Assembly: GCA_023920165.1 (NCBI GenBank)
Contig: CP089274.1
Coordinates: 2,914,001 to 2,978,000 of the forward strand
Reading direction: 5' to 3'
From: Curvularia clavata
Lineage: Eukaryota
DNA: 64,000 nucleotides
Part shown: piece by piece, positions 50,327 through 62,261 of the stretch
How the letters are laid out: each line of letters begins with the position of its first letter
Numbering within the stretch: position 1 is the stretch's first letter
Notes under the pieces: model-generated
What the model saw: only the letters and a program-made list of their open reading frames with translations
Database searches by the model: none
What the model was told of the DNA's origin: nothing
Made by a program: the position numbers and the translations under genes

Positions 50327-53300
50327 ATGCGTCCAGAGGTCGAGCAGGAGCTCTCCCACACGCTGCTCATTGAGCTGCTCGCATACCAGTTCGCCTCGCC
50401 CGTCAGGTGGATTGAGACGCAGGATGTCGTCCTCGGCGAGAAGACGACGGAGCGCATCGTCGAGATTGGCCCCGCAGACACACTCGGCGTCATGGCAAAG
50501 CGCACTCTCGCCAGCAAATACGAAGCACACGATGCCGCAAGGTCACTGCAGCGTCAAATCCTGTGCTACAACAAGGACGCAAAGGACATCTACTACGATG
50601 TAGACCCCATAGAGGAAGAGCCAGAGGCACCAGCACCCGCCTCCGGGCCTGCCCCAGCGGCTGCCCCCGCCGCCTCAGCACCAGCCGCCGCGGCTGCTGC
50701 TCCACCACCACCCAGTGCTGGGCCTGCGGCTCAGGTCCCAGATGCTCCAGTCACAGCTACCGATATTCTGCGGACGCTCGTAGCCCAGAAGCTGAAGAAG
50801 CCCCTCATGGACATTCCCCTGTCCAAGGCCATCAAGGATCTCGTTGGAGGTAAGACCAATTACACAACCGCTTTGGACCAATTCAACTAACACGCACTCT
50901 TAGGCAAGTCTACCCTTCAGAACGAAATCCTCGGAGACCTGGGCAAGGAATTCGGCTCCACCCCAGAGAAACCCGAGGACACCCCTCTCGACGAGCTCGG
51001 TGCCTCGATGCAGGCTACCTTCAATGGTCAGCTTGGAAAACAATCCACCTCCCTCATTGCCCGCATGGTGTCCTCCAAGATGCCTGGTGGCTTCAACATC
51101 ACAGCCGTGCGAAAGCACCTCGAGACAAGATGGGGGTTGGCCCAGGGTCGCCAGGACGGAGTGCTGCTGCTTGCTCTTACCAACGAGCCGCCTGCGCGTC
51201 TCGGCTCCGAGAATGACGGAAAGGCTTTCTTGGATGACCAGGCAAACAAGTACGCAGCCATTGCCGGAATCAACCTGTCTGCCCCTACGGCTGGCGGCGA
51301 TGCTGGCGGTTCTGGTGGCGGCATGATGATGGACCCCGCCGCCATCGATGCTCTCACCAAGGACCAACGCCAACTCTTCAAGCAGCAGCTTGAGTTGTTT
51401 GCGCGATACCTCAAGATCGACCTTCGCGCGGGTGACAAGTCCTTTGTCGATTCGCAAAAGGCCCAGTCCGCCCTGCAGGCCCAGCTTGACCTCTGGACTA
51501 CCGAGCACGGCGAGTTCTACGCGTCTGGCATTGAGCCTCAATTCACACCACTCAAGGCGCGCGTCTATGACTCGTCATGGAACTGGGCTCGCCAGGACGC
51601 CCTGACCATGTTCTACGACATCATCTTCGGCAAGCTCAAGGCGGTCGATCGTGAGATTGTCAGCCGCTGCATTGCCATTATGAACCGATCCAACCCGCTA
51701 CTCCTCGACTTCATGCAGTACCACATAGATCACTGCCCCACTGAGCGCGGCGAAACCTACGAGCTTGCAAAGGAGCTTGGCCAACAGCTCATCGACAACT
51801 GCAAGGAGGTTTTGAACGAGGCACCCGTCTACAAGGATGTCGCAGTACCCACTGCCCCTCATCTCGAGATTGACGCCAAGGGCAACATGAACTACAAGGA
51901 AGTCCCCAGAGCAAGCGTCCGCAAGCTCGAGCACTACGTGCGTGAGATGGCTGAAGGAGGAAAGTTGTCAGAGTATGGCAACCGCACCAAGGTCCAAAAC
52001 GACCTGCAGCGAATCTACAAGCTCATCAAGCAACAACACAAGCTTTCCAAATCATCTCAACTGCAGATCAAGAGCTTGTACAGCAACGTGATTCGCTCTC
52101 TTTCCATGAACGAGGGCCAGATTATGCCCAACGGAAATGGCAAAGCTGCCAATGGAAAGCGAGGCCGCAACGGCCGCGTCCACGCTTCCAAGCAGGGCAA
52201 GGTTGAGACCATTCCCTTCCTCCATCTGAAACGAAAGGATGACCACGGCTGGGAGTACAGCAAGAAGCTGACCGGGGTCTACCTCGACTGTCTTGAAGAG
52301 GCTGCCAAGTCTGGTGTTACATTCCAGGGCAAATATGCTCTCATGACTGGTGCTGGTGCCGGTTCCATTGGAGCCCAGGTCCTTCAGGGCCTGATCAGTG
52401 GTGGAGCCAAGGTCGTCGTGACGACCTCCAGGTTCTCACGTGAAGTCACCGAGTACTACCAGGCCATGTACTCGCGCTACGGTGCTCGTGGCTCACAGCT
52501 TATTGTCGTGCCTTTCAACCAAGGTAGCAACCAGGATGTGGAGGCTTTGATCGACTACATCTTCGACACCAAGAAGGGCTTGGGCTGGGACCTCGATCTC
52601 ATTGTTCCTTTCGCCGCCATTCCCGAAAACGGCCGCGAGATTGACAGCATCGACTCCAAGTCTGAGCTTGCTCACCGCATTATGCTGACCAACCTTTTGC
52701 GTATGCTTGGAGCTGTCAAGAAGCAGAAGCAGGCCTATGGCTACGAGACCCGTCCAGCACAGGTCATTCTGCCTTTGTCGCCTAACCACGGCACCTTCGG
52801 TAACGATGGTCTTTACTCCGAATCCAAGATTTCGCTTGAGACCCTGTTCTCGAGGTGGCACTCGGAGAGCTGGGGCAACTACCTCACCATTTGCGGTGCT
52901 GTCATCGGTTGGACCCGTGGTACTGGACTCATGGGCGCCAACAACATCGTTGCCGAAGGTATCGAAAAGTACGGTGTACGTACCTTCTCTCAGCAGGAGA
53001 TGGCCTTCAACTTGCTTGGTCTGATGGCCCCACCAATCGTCAACCTGTGCCAGGTCGAGCCTGTATGGGCTGATCTCAACGGTGGCTTCCAGTACATCCC
53101 CAATCTCAAGGACCTCATGACCGACCTTCGCAAGGAACTCACGGAAACAAGTGACATCCGCAGGGCCGTCATTAAGGAAAACGCTATTGAGAACAAGGTT
53201 GTCAATGGCGAGGCGAGCGAGGCCCTGTACAAGACTGCCAAGATTGAGCCTCGTGCAAATATGAAGTTTGATTTCCCCAAGCTCCCTGACTGGGATACAG

Positions 53301-56018
53301 AGGTCAAACCCCTCAACGAGAACCTCAAGGGCATGGTCGACCTTGAAAAGGTTGTTGTCGTCACTGGTTTCGCTGAGGTCGGTCCCTGGGGTAACTCGAG
53401 GACACGCTGGGAAATGGAGGCTTATGGCGAGTTCTCCATTGAAGGATGTATTGAAATGGCCTGGATCATGGGTCTCATCAAGAACCACAATGGTCCTCTC
53501 AAGGGCAAGAGCTACTCGGGCTGGGTCGACGCCAAGACCAACGAGCCAATCGACGACAAGGATGTGAAGCCAAAGTATGAGAAGTACATCCTCGAACACT
53601 CTGGCATCCGCCTCATTGAGCCAGAGCTCTTCAATGGATACGATCCAAAGAACAAGCAGCTCATGCAAGAGATTCAGATTGAGGAGGACCTTGATCCCTT
53701 CGAGGCATCCAAAGAGCTCGCAGAAGAGTTCAAGAGGGAGCACGGCGACAAGGTTGAGATTTTCGCCATCGAGGACTCTGGCGAGTACACGGTCCGTATG
53801 AAGAAGGGTGCTACCCTTCTCATCCCCAAGGCTCTGCGCTTTGATCGTCTGGTTGCTGGCCAAATCCCCACCGGCTGGGATGCAAAGAAGTACGGTGTGC
53901 CGGACGACATCATTTCGCAAGTCGACCCCGTAACCCTGTTTGTGCTCGTCTCTACTGCGGAATGTCTGCTCTCGAGTGGTATCACCGATCCTTATGAGTT
54001 CTACAAGTACGTCCATCTTTCGGAAGTCGGAAACTGTGTCGGTTCCGGTATTGGTGGTACTACCGCCCTTCGAGGAATGTACAAGGACCGCTTCATGGAC
54101 AAGCCTGTTCAGAAAGACATTCTCCAGGAATCCTTCATCAACACCATGAGCGCCTGGGTCAACATGTTGCTCATGTCGTCGACCGGTCCTATCAAGACCC
54201 CTGTCGGTGCTTGCGCTACTGCTGTCGAATCTATCGACATTGGTTACGACACTATCGTAGAGGGCAAGGCTCGTGTCTGCTTCGTTGGTGGTTTCGACGA
54301 CTTCCAGGAAGAAGGCTCGTACGAGTTCGCCAACATGAAGGCCACTAGCAACGCCGAAGACGAATTCGCTCATGGTCGCACTCCTAGGGAAATGTCTCGT
54401 CCTACCACAACGACCAGAAATGGATTCATGGAATCTCAGGGTTGTGGTATGCAGGTTATCATGGACGCCAAGCTTGCTCTCGACATGGGTGTCCCCATCT
54501 ATGGTGTTCTCGGTTTCACTGCTACTGCAACTGACAAGATTGGCCGCTCAGTTCCTGCCCCCGGAAAGGGTGTACTGACGACTGCTCGCGAGAACCCATC
54601 CAAGTTCCCATCGCCCCTTCTCGACATCAAGTACAGGAGACGCCAGATGGATCTACGACGCAAGCAAATCAAGCAGTGGCAGGAATCAGAGGTCCTCTAT
54701 CTGCAGGAAGAGGTTGCGGCCATGAAGAATGCTTCTGACGAGGACTTTGACGAGGCAGCTTACTTGGAAGAGCGTGTCGCAAACATCGAAGCTGAAGCCC
54801 GACGACAAGAAAAGGATGCCCTCAACAGCCTGGGCAACAACTTCTGGAAGCAAGATCCTCGCATTGCTCCTCTTCGCGGTGCCCTTGCCACTTGGGGTCT
54901 TACCATCGACGATCTCGATGTTGCTTCCTTCCACGGCACTTCGACTGTTGCCAACGACAAGAACGAGTCGGACGTCATTTGCCAGCAGATGCGTCATCTC
55001 GGCCGCAAAAAGGGAAATGCACTGCTTGGTATCTTCCAGAAATACCTTACTGGTCACCCCAAGGGTGCTGCTGGTGCTTGGATGTTCAACGGCTGTCTGC
55101 AGGTACTTAACAGTGGCCTTGTACCAGGAAACCGTAATGCCGACAATGTCGATAAGATCATGGAGAAGTTTGACTACATTGTCTACCCATCCCAGTCTAT
55201 TCAGACTGATGGAATCAAGGCATTCTCTGTTACCTCATTCGGTTTCGGACAAAAGGGAGCCCAGGCTATTGGTATCCACCCCAAGTACCTATACGCTGCG
55301 CTTGAGCACCATCAGTTCGCTGCCTACAAGCAGAGGGTTGAGGCTCGCCAGAAGAAGGCCTACCGCTACTTCCACGATGGCCTCATTAACAACACCATGT
55401 TCCGCGCCAAGGACAAGGCACCATATGAGGATGACAAGATGCAGGAGATCTTCCTCAACCCACAGGCTCGCGTTACCATCGACAAGAAGACATCGACATA
55501 CACCTACGCAAAGAATCCTGTTCCGGCTCCTAAGAGAGACAAGAAGGCACAGGAAACGACCAAGATGCTCGAGCAGCTCACGCAAGCTACTGCCTCCCCT
55601 AACTCCAAGGTTGGTGTTGATGTCGAGAGTCTTAGCGCCTTGAACATCGAGAACGACACCTTCATTGAGCGCAACTTCACCGAGAAGGAAATTGCCTACT
55701 GCCAAAAGGCGCCAAACCCTCAGGCAAGCTTCACTGGCAAGTGGTCGGCGAAGGAAGCTGTGTTCAAGTCGCTTGGCGTTAAGGGTCAAGGTGCTGGCGC
55801 TCCGCTGAAGGACATTGAGATTGTCAACGATGAGTCAGGAGCGCCATCAGTTCAGGTATGCAATACATCAAGTAATTCTATGAAAGTACATACTAACACA
55901 AAGACAGCTACATGGAAAGGCCGACGAAGAGGCCAAGCGTGTTGGCGTCAAGAAGATCAACATCAGCATTAGCCACTCAGACGACCAAGCTGTCTCAGTT
56001 GCCATTGCTCATTTCTAG
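50327..56018 (+). CDS. FAS2: Fatty acid synthase alpha subunit (ACP-KR-KS-PPT), ~1861 aa
   Basis: Exons 50327-50849, 50904-55855 and 55908-56018. MRPEVEQEL start, [23 protein letters not shown] and YSESK, KS PVGACAT, HGTST and TGHPKG, PPT VGVDVE..AKEAVFK..ISISH. Confidence 0.97.
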
Positions 56019-56925
56019 ACGATACATCAAGGGCCGTAACAAAATGGCTTGCAAAATAGAGCAAAGGCAGTAATCATGTTGTGAGTGTTATGTCAATACA
56101 CGCAGCATTTCTCTAGCTTGTTTCATCGAGCACAGAGTTTCATTTCGAGTGTCTTGATATTGGTTAGTTTGGCATGTTTGTTAGATGAATGCTTCATGAT
56201 AAGATTATGTATTGTAATGCAAATATATCATTGTTCAAAAGAATTGTTCCGGTGCCTATTTCTCACCATTTGCGGCTTCATCTTACTGAGCCAAAAGGAT
56301 CAATAACTTTTGCCATTTGCATGACTTCGGATGACGTGAGACGCAACAAACCATTTGCTTATCTTTGTACCAATTGATATGGATTGCGATCGATAAGCTC
56401 AACAAACGTATGTCCTGTACACCCCGCTTCCTTCTCCAGGAACCAGGATCGGGACATGCGGTTGGGCCGACCCTGCAGCGGGTGGCTGCATGAGCGTACG
56501 CTGTTGAGCACGTTGGGAACACGGGTTCTCGGATGAACTCGGATATATGTGGGCCATGATGTGCTTATACATATCATGGTTCAGACGTGTAGGGTATAGC
56601 GTATGCATGACGACTCGCCAACAATCTGTAGATTACGTCGTCTGTGTTGAGAGAAGATGAAACACATCGTTTGTTGAGATGTATGATTGTGATTGTAGGA
56701 ATCATCAGACTGTACGCTAGAGCACATGCGTAAGCCGTTGAGTTTCAGTACCTACTGTGGGGAAATCGGGGCGTTGTATTACTTCCGATGCACCTAGGCT
56801 TAGAGTAGACTACTGCTGCAGGTATCTCTTACACAGTTTTGTGGATCCATACATCCTTCAGAGACAGTGACGATAAGGAATACCGAGGTTCATCTGAGCG
56901 ATGGTCTTCCCTGACTCGCAGACAT

Positions 56926-58153
56926 CTAAGACTCTAGCTTCCACGGATATGTCCTCTTCACCCAAAGCAAGTCCATCTCACTTGGACGCCTTGCCTGCTC
57001 CAGCAATCGGGTTCCCTGGCTATGATCGTTCCAGTTGCGATAAACCGCCAAGGGACAATCCTGACCCGTGGAAATGCACTTTTGATTTGAGTAGCCCGTT
57101 TGACTGGGGTAGTGCATGATACTGTCGAGGTCGTAGCGACTATCTGCCTTGATCGGCCATCCTGGCTCGACAAAGTTCTTGACAAAAGCAGCACAGGAAC
57201 AACCGTAGTTGATGGCGAGGTGAATCGATTGGCAAAGGTTATCAGGAGTAATATAAGGTCCTCCATGTTGGTGTGCACGCCTCCAGCATTTGTCCCAATC
57301 AGCTAGATGCTTATGGTTTACCTGTATGTAGATATCACGATCGGAGCGGTTATGCTCATGAGCCATTCCTAGTGTGTTCCATCGTATCAGTTATTCTGCG
57401 CTCCGATTTTCGATTTCTTCACGCTCGGCGCCTTCTTGCAACCTTAAAAAACAACAAGAAGAAATAGACTTACCCAGGACATGACCCAACTCGTGCATGG
57501 CCCCAAGCAATGTATAACCATCGGCAATGTGGACGAGTTGCTGCCAAAATCTACCGTTGCGCGTCAGACCAACGCTACCACCCCAGCTTTGATCTTCGGT
57601 GTATTCAAAAGCAACAGTATCCTTAGGCATGCCTGCAGTCCAGCCATCGCGGTTATCCGGAGGTGCGCAATACATTGGATTCCCTTGGGCATCTGCTCGC
57701 TCTCGGAAGCTAATAGCGTGTCCCGATGTTTGACTCGCTGGGCCTCCAAGATATCTAGACCACTATTAGCCTTCGAGGTTCACTGGAATCGTTGATCAAG
57801 CCAAGTATCTGCTTTAGTTTTACTTACTCAACCCATTTGGCCATGCCGGTCGCGACTACATTCCGGATGTGTCTACGGTCCCATGCTTGGGTAAAGCAGT
57901 ATGGAATTACAACCTCGTGCTCGCTAGTGCGCGGCCATGGAATAGGTCCGCCATAAGCTCCCCAGGTATCGGTGGAGCCATCTTCGTTCAGTGTCTCGAT
58001 CTCTGCAATGTAGTCGCCCCAGTTGGTGGCCTTGGTACCGTTGTTGTAGACGGGGGACGGAGTGCCGCAGAAGGGACCGAATTTGGGAGGAGGCTCTTGA
58101 ATAACGGATGCGATCGTGAAGGCGGCGAGACAGACTAAAAACAGTGCGATCAT
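56926..58153 (-). CDS. Secreted astacin-like (M12A metzincin) zinc metalloprotease, ~349 aa
   Basis: Exons 58153-57828, 57754-57474 and 57368-56926. Signal peptide; HELGHVL|GMAHEHNRSDRD (HExxHxxGxxH plus RxDRD); Met-turn YDLDSIMHY; SEMDLLWVKRTYP. Confidence 0.88.
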
Positions 58154-59744
58154 GGTTTAGGCTCGATGTAGTTGAGACTGATGAGTATTGGATATGTCGC
58201 CGTGCAAGCAGTGGTGAGTGTATTGTCAATTGTCTACAAACGGGTTCTCGCACTAAGGGCTTGATATGTGTGAGTGGAAGGTGCTTGGCAACCTGTAGTA
58301 GCTTAAAGTGGAAATTGCAGCAATCAAACCAGTGAAAATAGAAGGAACTCATGATCACATGCTCAGCCGGTATCGACATGAACGATAAAATGGCGATACT
58401 ATCCTGTTAGCCAATGATAGGAGATGACTGTAGTTGGGACCGTAGATCCTTTCTAAAAATCAGATATTCAGTCACCACTATTCCTGGTGTCTGCTACTGT
58501 GTGGTTGAAGTCCCCCTTCAGGTAGTCCGTTCGAATGCACATCATGCGTGGACTCAATTTTACCAATCAATCACCCTTGGGCAAATGTACTTCATCTCCA
58601 GGGCTGGGTTTTGTGTTACTTTTAGCCCATCACAATTAGCTCATGATAACCAAAAACCTCTTGTTACTGAGACGACACCATTTCTTAACATCGGGGCTTC
58701 ACCTTCATAGTCATCAACAGAATCGTTGCTTCAATCCCAAGAGTGACGAGGAACGAGTGTTATTGCGGACATTAGGCCGTGTAAGTCGCGTTCCTTTCTC
58801 CAGCCCAGCGATTGAGAATCCTGTGGGTAGGATGTTGGTTGCTTATTCTAATCTAGAGAAAAGCAAATGTCCCTTTGCCAGAAATCATTGCAAGCCCCAT
58901 TGTTGCTGTGACCAAAGAAAAGCTGGCAGTCATATCTAGCATATGTAATCATGAATCGTACGCACGAGAAAGTACTTTAGTGTCAATAAATATGGCCCAG
59001 AGGTAACTCGCCCTTACGACCAGGATTCAACATCTAGGAAACGGTTTGCAATAGATGACTGCCACAATGCCATCATACCGCAATCACAGCAAGATGTTGA
59101 ACAGGATGGACCCTGCCTTTATCGTACCATCTTTCATACTCTAGAGCTCATGATAATAGTTCCCCTACCTGTGCGTTATCTGCGACTGAGCCTCAGTTTC
59201 ACCTATTATCATGAAATCAACTGTTTCGGGGAAACCTGCTAAGTAAGTACATCACTTCAATCTTTACAAGTGAAAATAAAACTAAAGTCGGTGAGTTATT
59301 GACATCACTCTTTCATGGGGGCCTAAGAATGCTTTATATCGTTGTCAATATCTTGCTTTCGTACTATTATCAATCCCCCATTGATGCTGCTCCATTATCT
59401 CCGACGACAGAGCAGACCGGGCCGATTAGAGCACCCAAGATGACAAATGTAGATGACGTCACAGGGGAAAGTCTCTATCTCACCGCCCCAAGCGCGATTA
59501 CCAATCAGCTGCTCAGAAAAGGAAAGCTGTTCTTTGATACTGTGGCTCTCTATGCTTGCCGCAGTTTAGACGTGCTCCAGGGCAGCGATTTTAGGCATTA
59601 CTTCCGTACAGAACACGTTCGAAAGTTCCGTTGGCTTGATTTCTACAGTTGCCGAGGTCGGCCGATTACCAATGAAACTGGAAGTGGGTTCGAAATCTCA
59701 AAATGTGTATTTGCCGAGTACAACTGTAGTCATTTGGCTACCCA

Positions 59745-59751
59745 TATATAA
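59745..59751 (+). promoter_or_regulatory. TATA box of the OYE gene
   Basis: TATATAA about 105 nt upstream of ATG59855, followed by an A/C-rich leader. Confidence 0.55.
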
Positions 59752-59854
59752 TGCGTCCAAGCACGCCGCTGTCAGTCTTCTCAAGTCATAGCAATTTCGT
59801 GAATCATCAATCTACCTCAACCGTCCTAATCTAAACTACACGCACAACACGAAA

Positions 59855-60955
59855 ATGTCAGCAAGTCGCCTTTTCCAACCACTCAAGGTGGGCAGCATGG
59901 AGCTTAAGCACCGTGTTGCAATGGCTCCCTTAACCCGCTTCCGCGTGAACGATGATCACGAGATTCTGCCCATGGCTGCACAGTACTACGGCGAGCGTGC
60001 TTGCGTACCTGGAACTCTTCTCATCACCGAAGCAACTTTGGTTTCAAAGCAAGCCGGTGGTTACCCCAACGTACCTGGCATTTGGACACAGGGTCAGATC
60101 GATGCTTGGAAACCAGTTGTCAAAGCCGTCCATGAGAAAGGGTCGTACATCTACCTTCAGCTGTGGAGTCTCGGACGTGTAGCAAACAAGGAGTTTGCGG
60201 AAAAGAATGGAATTACCATCAAGTCTTCTAGCGCAACATCCCTGGGTGAAGGTTACGCTGTTCCAAAGGAGATGACTGTCGATGATATCAAGGAATCCGT
60301 TGGCGATTTCGTTCAAGCTGCCAAGAATGCCATGGAGGCTGGCTTTGATGGTGTTGAAATCCACGCTGCAAACGGATACCTCATCGACCAGTTCCTGCAA
60401 GACAACTGCAACAAGCGTACCGACTCGTACGGCGGCTCGGTTGAGAACCGTTCGCGCTTCGCGATCGAGGTTACCAAGGCTGTCATTGACGCTGTTGGAG
60501 CAGACAAGACTGGTATCCGGTTGAGCCCATTCTCTGAATTCCAGGGCATGAAGATGAAGGACCCGCTACCTCAGTTCACTGACATAATGAAGAGACTGGA
60601 CCCTCTGAACCTGGCTTACCTGCATCTCGTTGAGGCACGAATTGCTGGTAATGCCGATGTCGAGGGCACCGACTCTCTGGATCCTCTGCTACCACACTTC
60701 GGTGGTAAACTGCTCATCGCTGGAGGCTTTAAGGCTGATTCTGCCAAGCGATTGGTTGAAGAGCACAAGGACCGTGACATTGTCGTTGTCTTTGGACGCT
60801 ACTTTATCTCAACACCTGATCTCGTGTTCCGGCTGCAGAACGGAATTGAATTCACCCCTTACGACCGCGACAGCTTCTACATTCCCAAGAGCGAAAAGGG
60901 ATACATTGATTATCCGTTCAGCAAGGAGTGGAAGGCGGCGCATGCGAATTTGTAG
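59855..60955 (+). CDS. Old yellow enzyme / NADH:flavin oxidoreductase (ene-reductase), 366 aa
   Basis: Intronless. LFQPLKVG..HRVAMAPLTR, GFDGVEIHAANGYLIDQFL, RTDSYGGSVENRSRF, GIRLSP, FGRYFISTPDL, GYIDYP. Confidence 0.95.
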   Translation: MSASRLFQPLKVGSMELKHRVAMAPLTRFRVNDDHEILPMAAQYYGERACVPGTLLITEATLVSKQAGGYPNVPGIWTQGQIDAWKPVVKAVHEKGSYIYLQLWSLGRVANKEFAEKNGITIKSSSATSLGEGYAVPKEMTVDDIKESVGDFVQAAKNAMEAGFDGVEIHAANGYLIDQFLQDNCNKRTDSYGGSVENRSRFAIEVTKAVIDAVGADKTGIRLSPFSEFQGMKMKDPLPQFTDIMKRLDPLNLAYLHLVEARIAGNADVEGTDSLDPLLPHFGGKLLIAGGFKADSAKRLVEEHKDRDIVVVFGRYFISTPDLVFRLQNGIEFTPYDRDSFYIPKSEKGYIDYPFSKEWKAAHANL

Positions 60956-61703
60956 AAATGTGTTTGAAGATACCCCATGATATGCAAGTGGATGATCGTC
61001 TTTAGACATAGACAAAAGGTCAATATAGACGAAATCTAGAAGTTATGTAATGTCATTTTCTCTACTAGTCATATCATTCGTGACGGTGAATATTCTGCAA
61101 GTGTACGGGCTCTGCATAAACTTGATCCTAAATGCTATACAGCAGCGATGAAAGACATGGTTACGTGATTGAGAAAAAACTTGAGAACAGGCCAAAAGAA
61201 AAAAAGGATTGTTTGGGCATTCTGTTCAGTAACGTAGACATGAAGGCCACAAAAGATGGGTGATATTGATCCCGCGCATGGCTTGGATCTTCTACCAAGT
61301 GCTGTGTCCTATAACTATATTAGCCGCGGGTCTTGCAACACGCCTTGCGAGAAGACTAAGAGAGCCTTGTAACCAATTCTAAAGTTGCCAATAAAGCAGA
61401 AGGATACGTTTGTAAGATGATACGAGCCATTGGTTAACAGGAGATGCGTTTTGCGAGCCTATACTCGACCAGTGTACAATGTTTGAACTTACCCCAAATT
61501 AAACGCAGGACTATGTACAGTGTTAGAGCTGGCCTGTTTGATAACAGTGTGTATTTCCCCTTCACAAGAGCTAGAGTCGTAGTCTATGCATTATGTCCAA
61601 GATTATCGACATTGTGTGACCAATGTCTTGAGCTATCTGTCTGCTAATATAAAAGCTGATTTTCACTAAATAGAATTAAATCAAGAAAGTGCAGAAATAC
61701 ACA

Positions 61704-62261
61704 ATGGCTACGACCCGCCCGAAAAAGACGGTTAAATTTACACCAGATACTATTTTCAAGCCTGGACGAGAGATAGAGCAGTTCCTTAGAGGTAGTGCTT
61801 GTTATGTCTCTGGAAAGTACGCATGTACGAAGGGGTCTCGCGAATGGCTCGACACCAGTCTGATGTCGGATACTTTGGAGCATTTGTTGAATCTCAAAGT
61901 CTACAAGACTTACACTGCTTGCGACGACAAAGAAATCCATGCCTTATACGATGATTTCGCTGAGAAGATGGAAGCCCGCCAGCCGCTAGGCTTAGGCTCT
62001 GGGACTCCACTTCGAAACCATCCGCACTACAAGGAGGTAGTGAAGGCGTATGTTGAATACCGAGAGAGTGGCACTAACTGCAACGCGGGATATGACAAAG
62101 AGGAATTGGCACGTGCTAAGGCTCTGGTGCTCTACCAGGATCTTGATGGCGAGTTTCTTGGATTTCAATTCCTCAATGATGCTTGTGAGGATGTCGAAGC
62201 AGATGAATACATTGCAGAGTTGAGGAGGAATATTCCTGTGGACAACATAGGTGAATTGTAG
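61704..62261 (+). CDS. Hypothetical protein (185 aa) with N-terminal KKTVKF motif
   Basis: ATG in ACAATGG context and a 558-nt ORF with globular-protein composition in an otherwise AT-richer, stop-rich region. Confidence 0.6.
   Translation: MATTRPKKTVKFTPDTIFKPGREIEQFLRGSACYVSGKYACTKGSREWLDTSLMSDTLEHLLNLKVYKTYTACDDKEIHALYDDFAEKMEARQPLGLGSGTPLRNHPHYKEVVKAYVEYRESGTNCNAGYDKEELARAKALVLYQDLDGEFLGFQFLNDACEDVEADEYIAELRRNIPVDNIGEL

Noticed and set aside
52493..54373. 626-aa antisense ORF, and similar antisense ORFs at 42607-43776, 44045-45034 and 8035-8913
   Set aside because: Shadow ORFs caused by codon bias of the sense genes; no recognisable motifs.
55856..55972. Aberrant C-terminus of FAS2 in the ORF track
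   Set aside because: Read-through into a 52-nt intron; splicing restores the PPT end (..[18 protein letters not shown]).
42628..56018. FAS pair as the dedicated backbone of a secondary-metabolite cluster
   Set aside because: Both subunits are full length with all catalytic motifs, strong codon bias and N-termini typical of primary FAS. No PKS, NRPS, transporter or cluster regulator is present.
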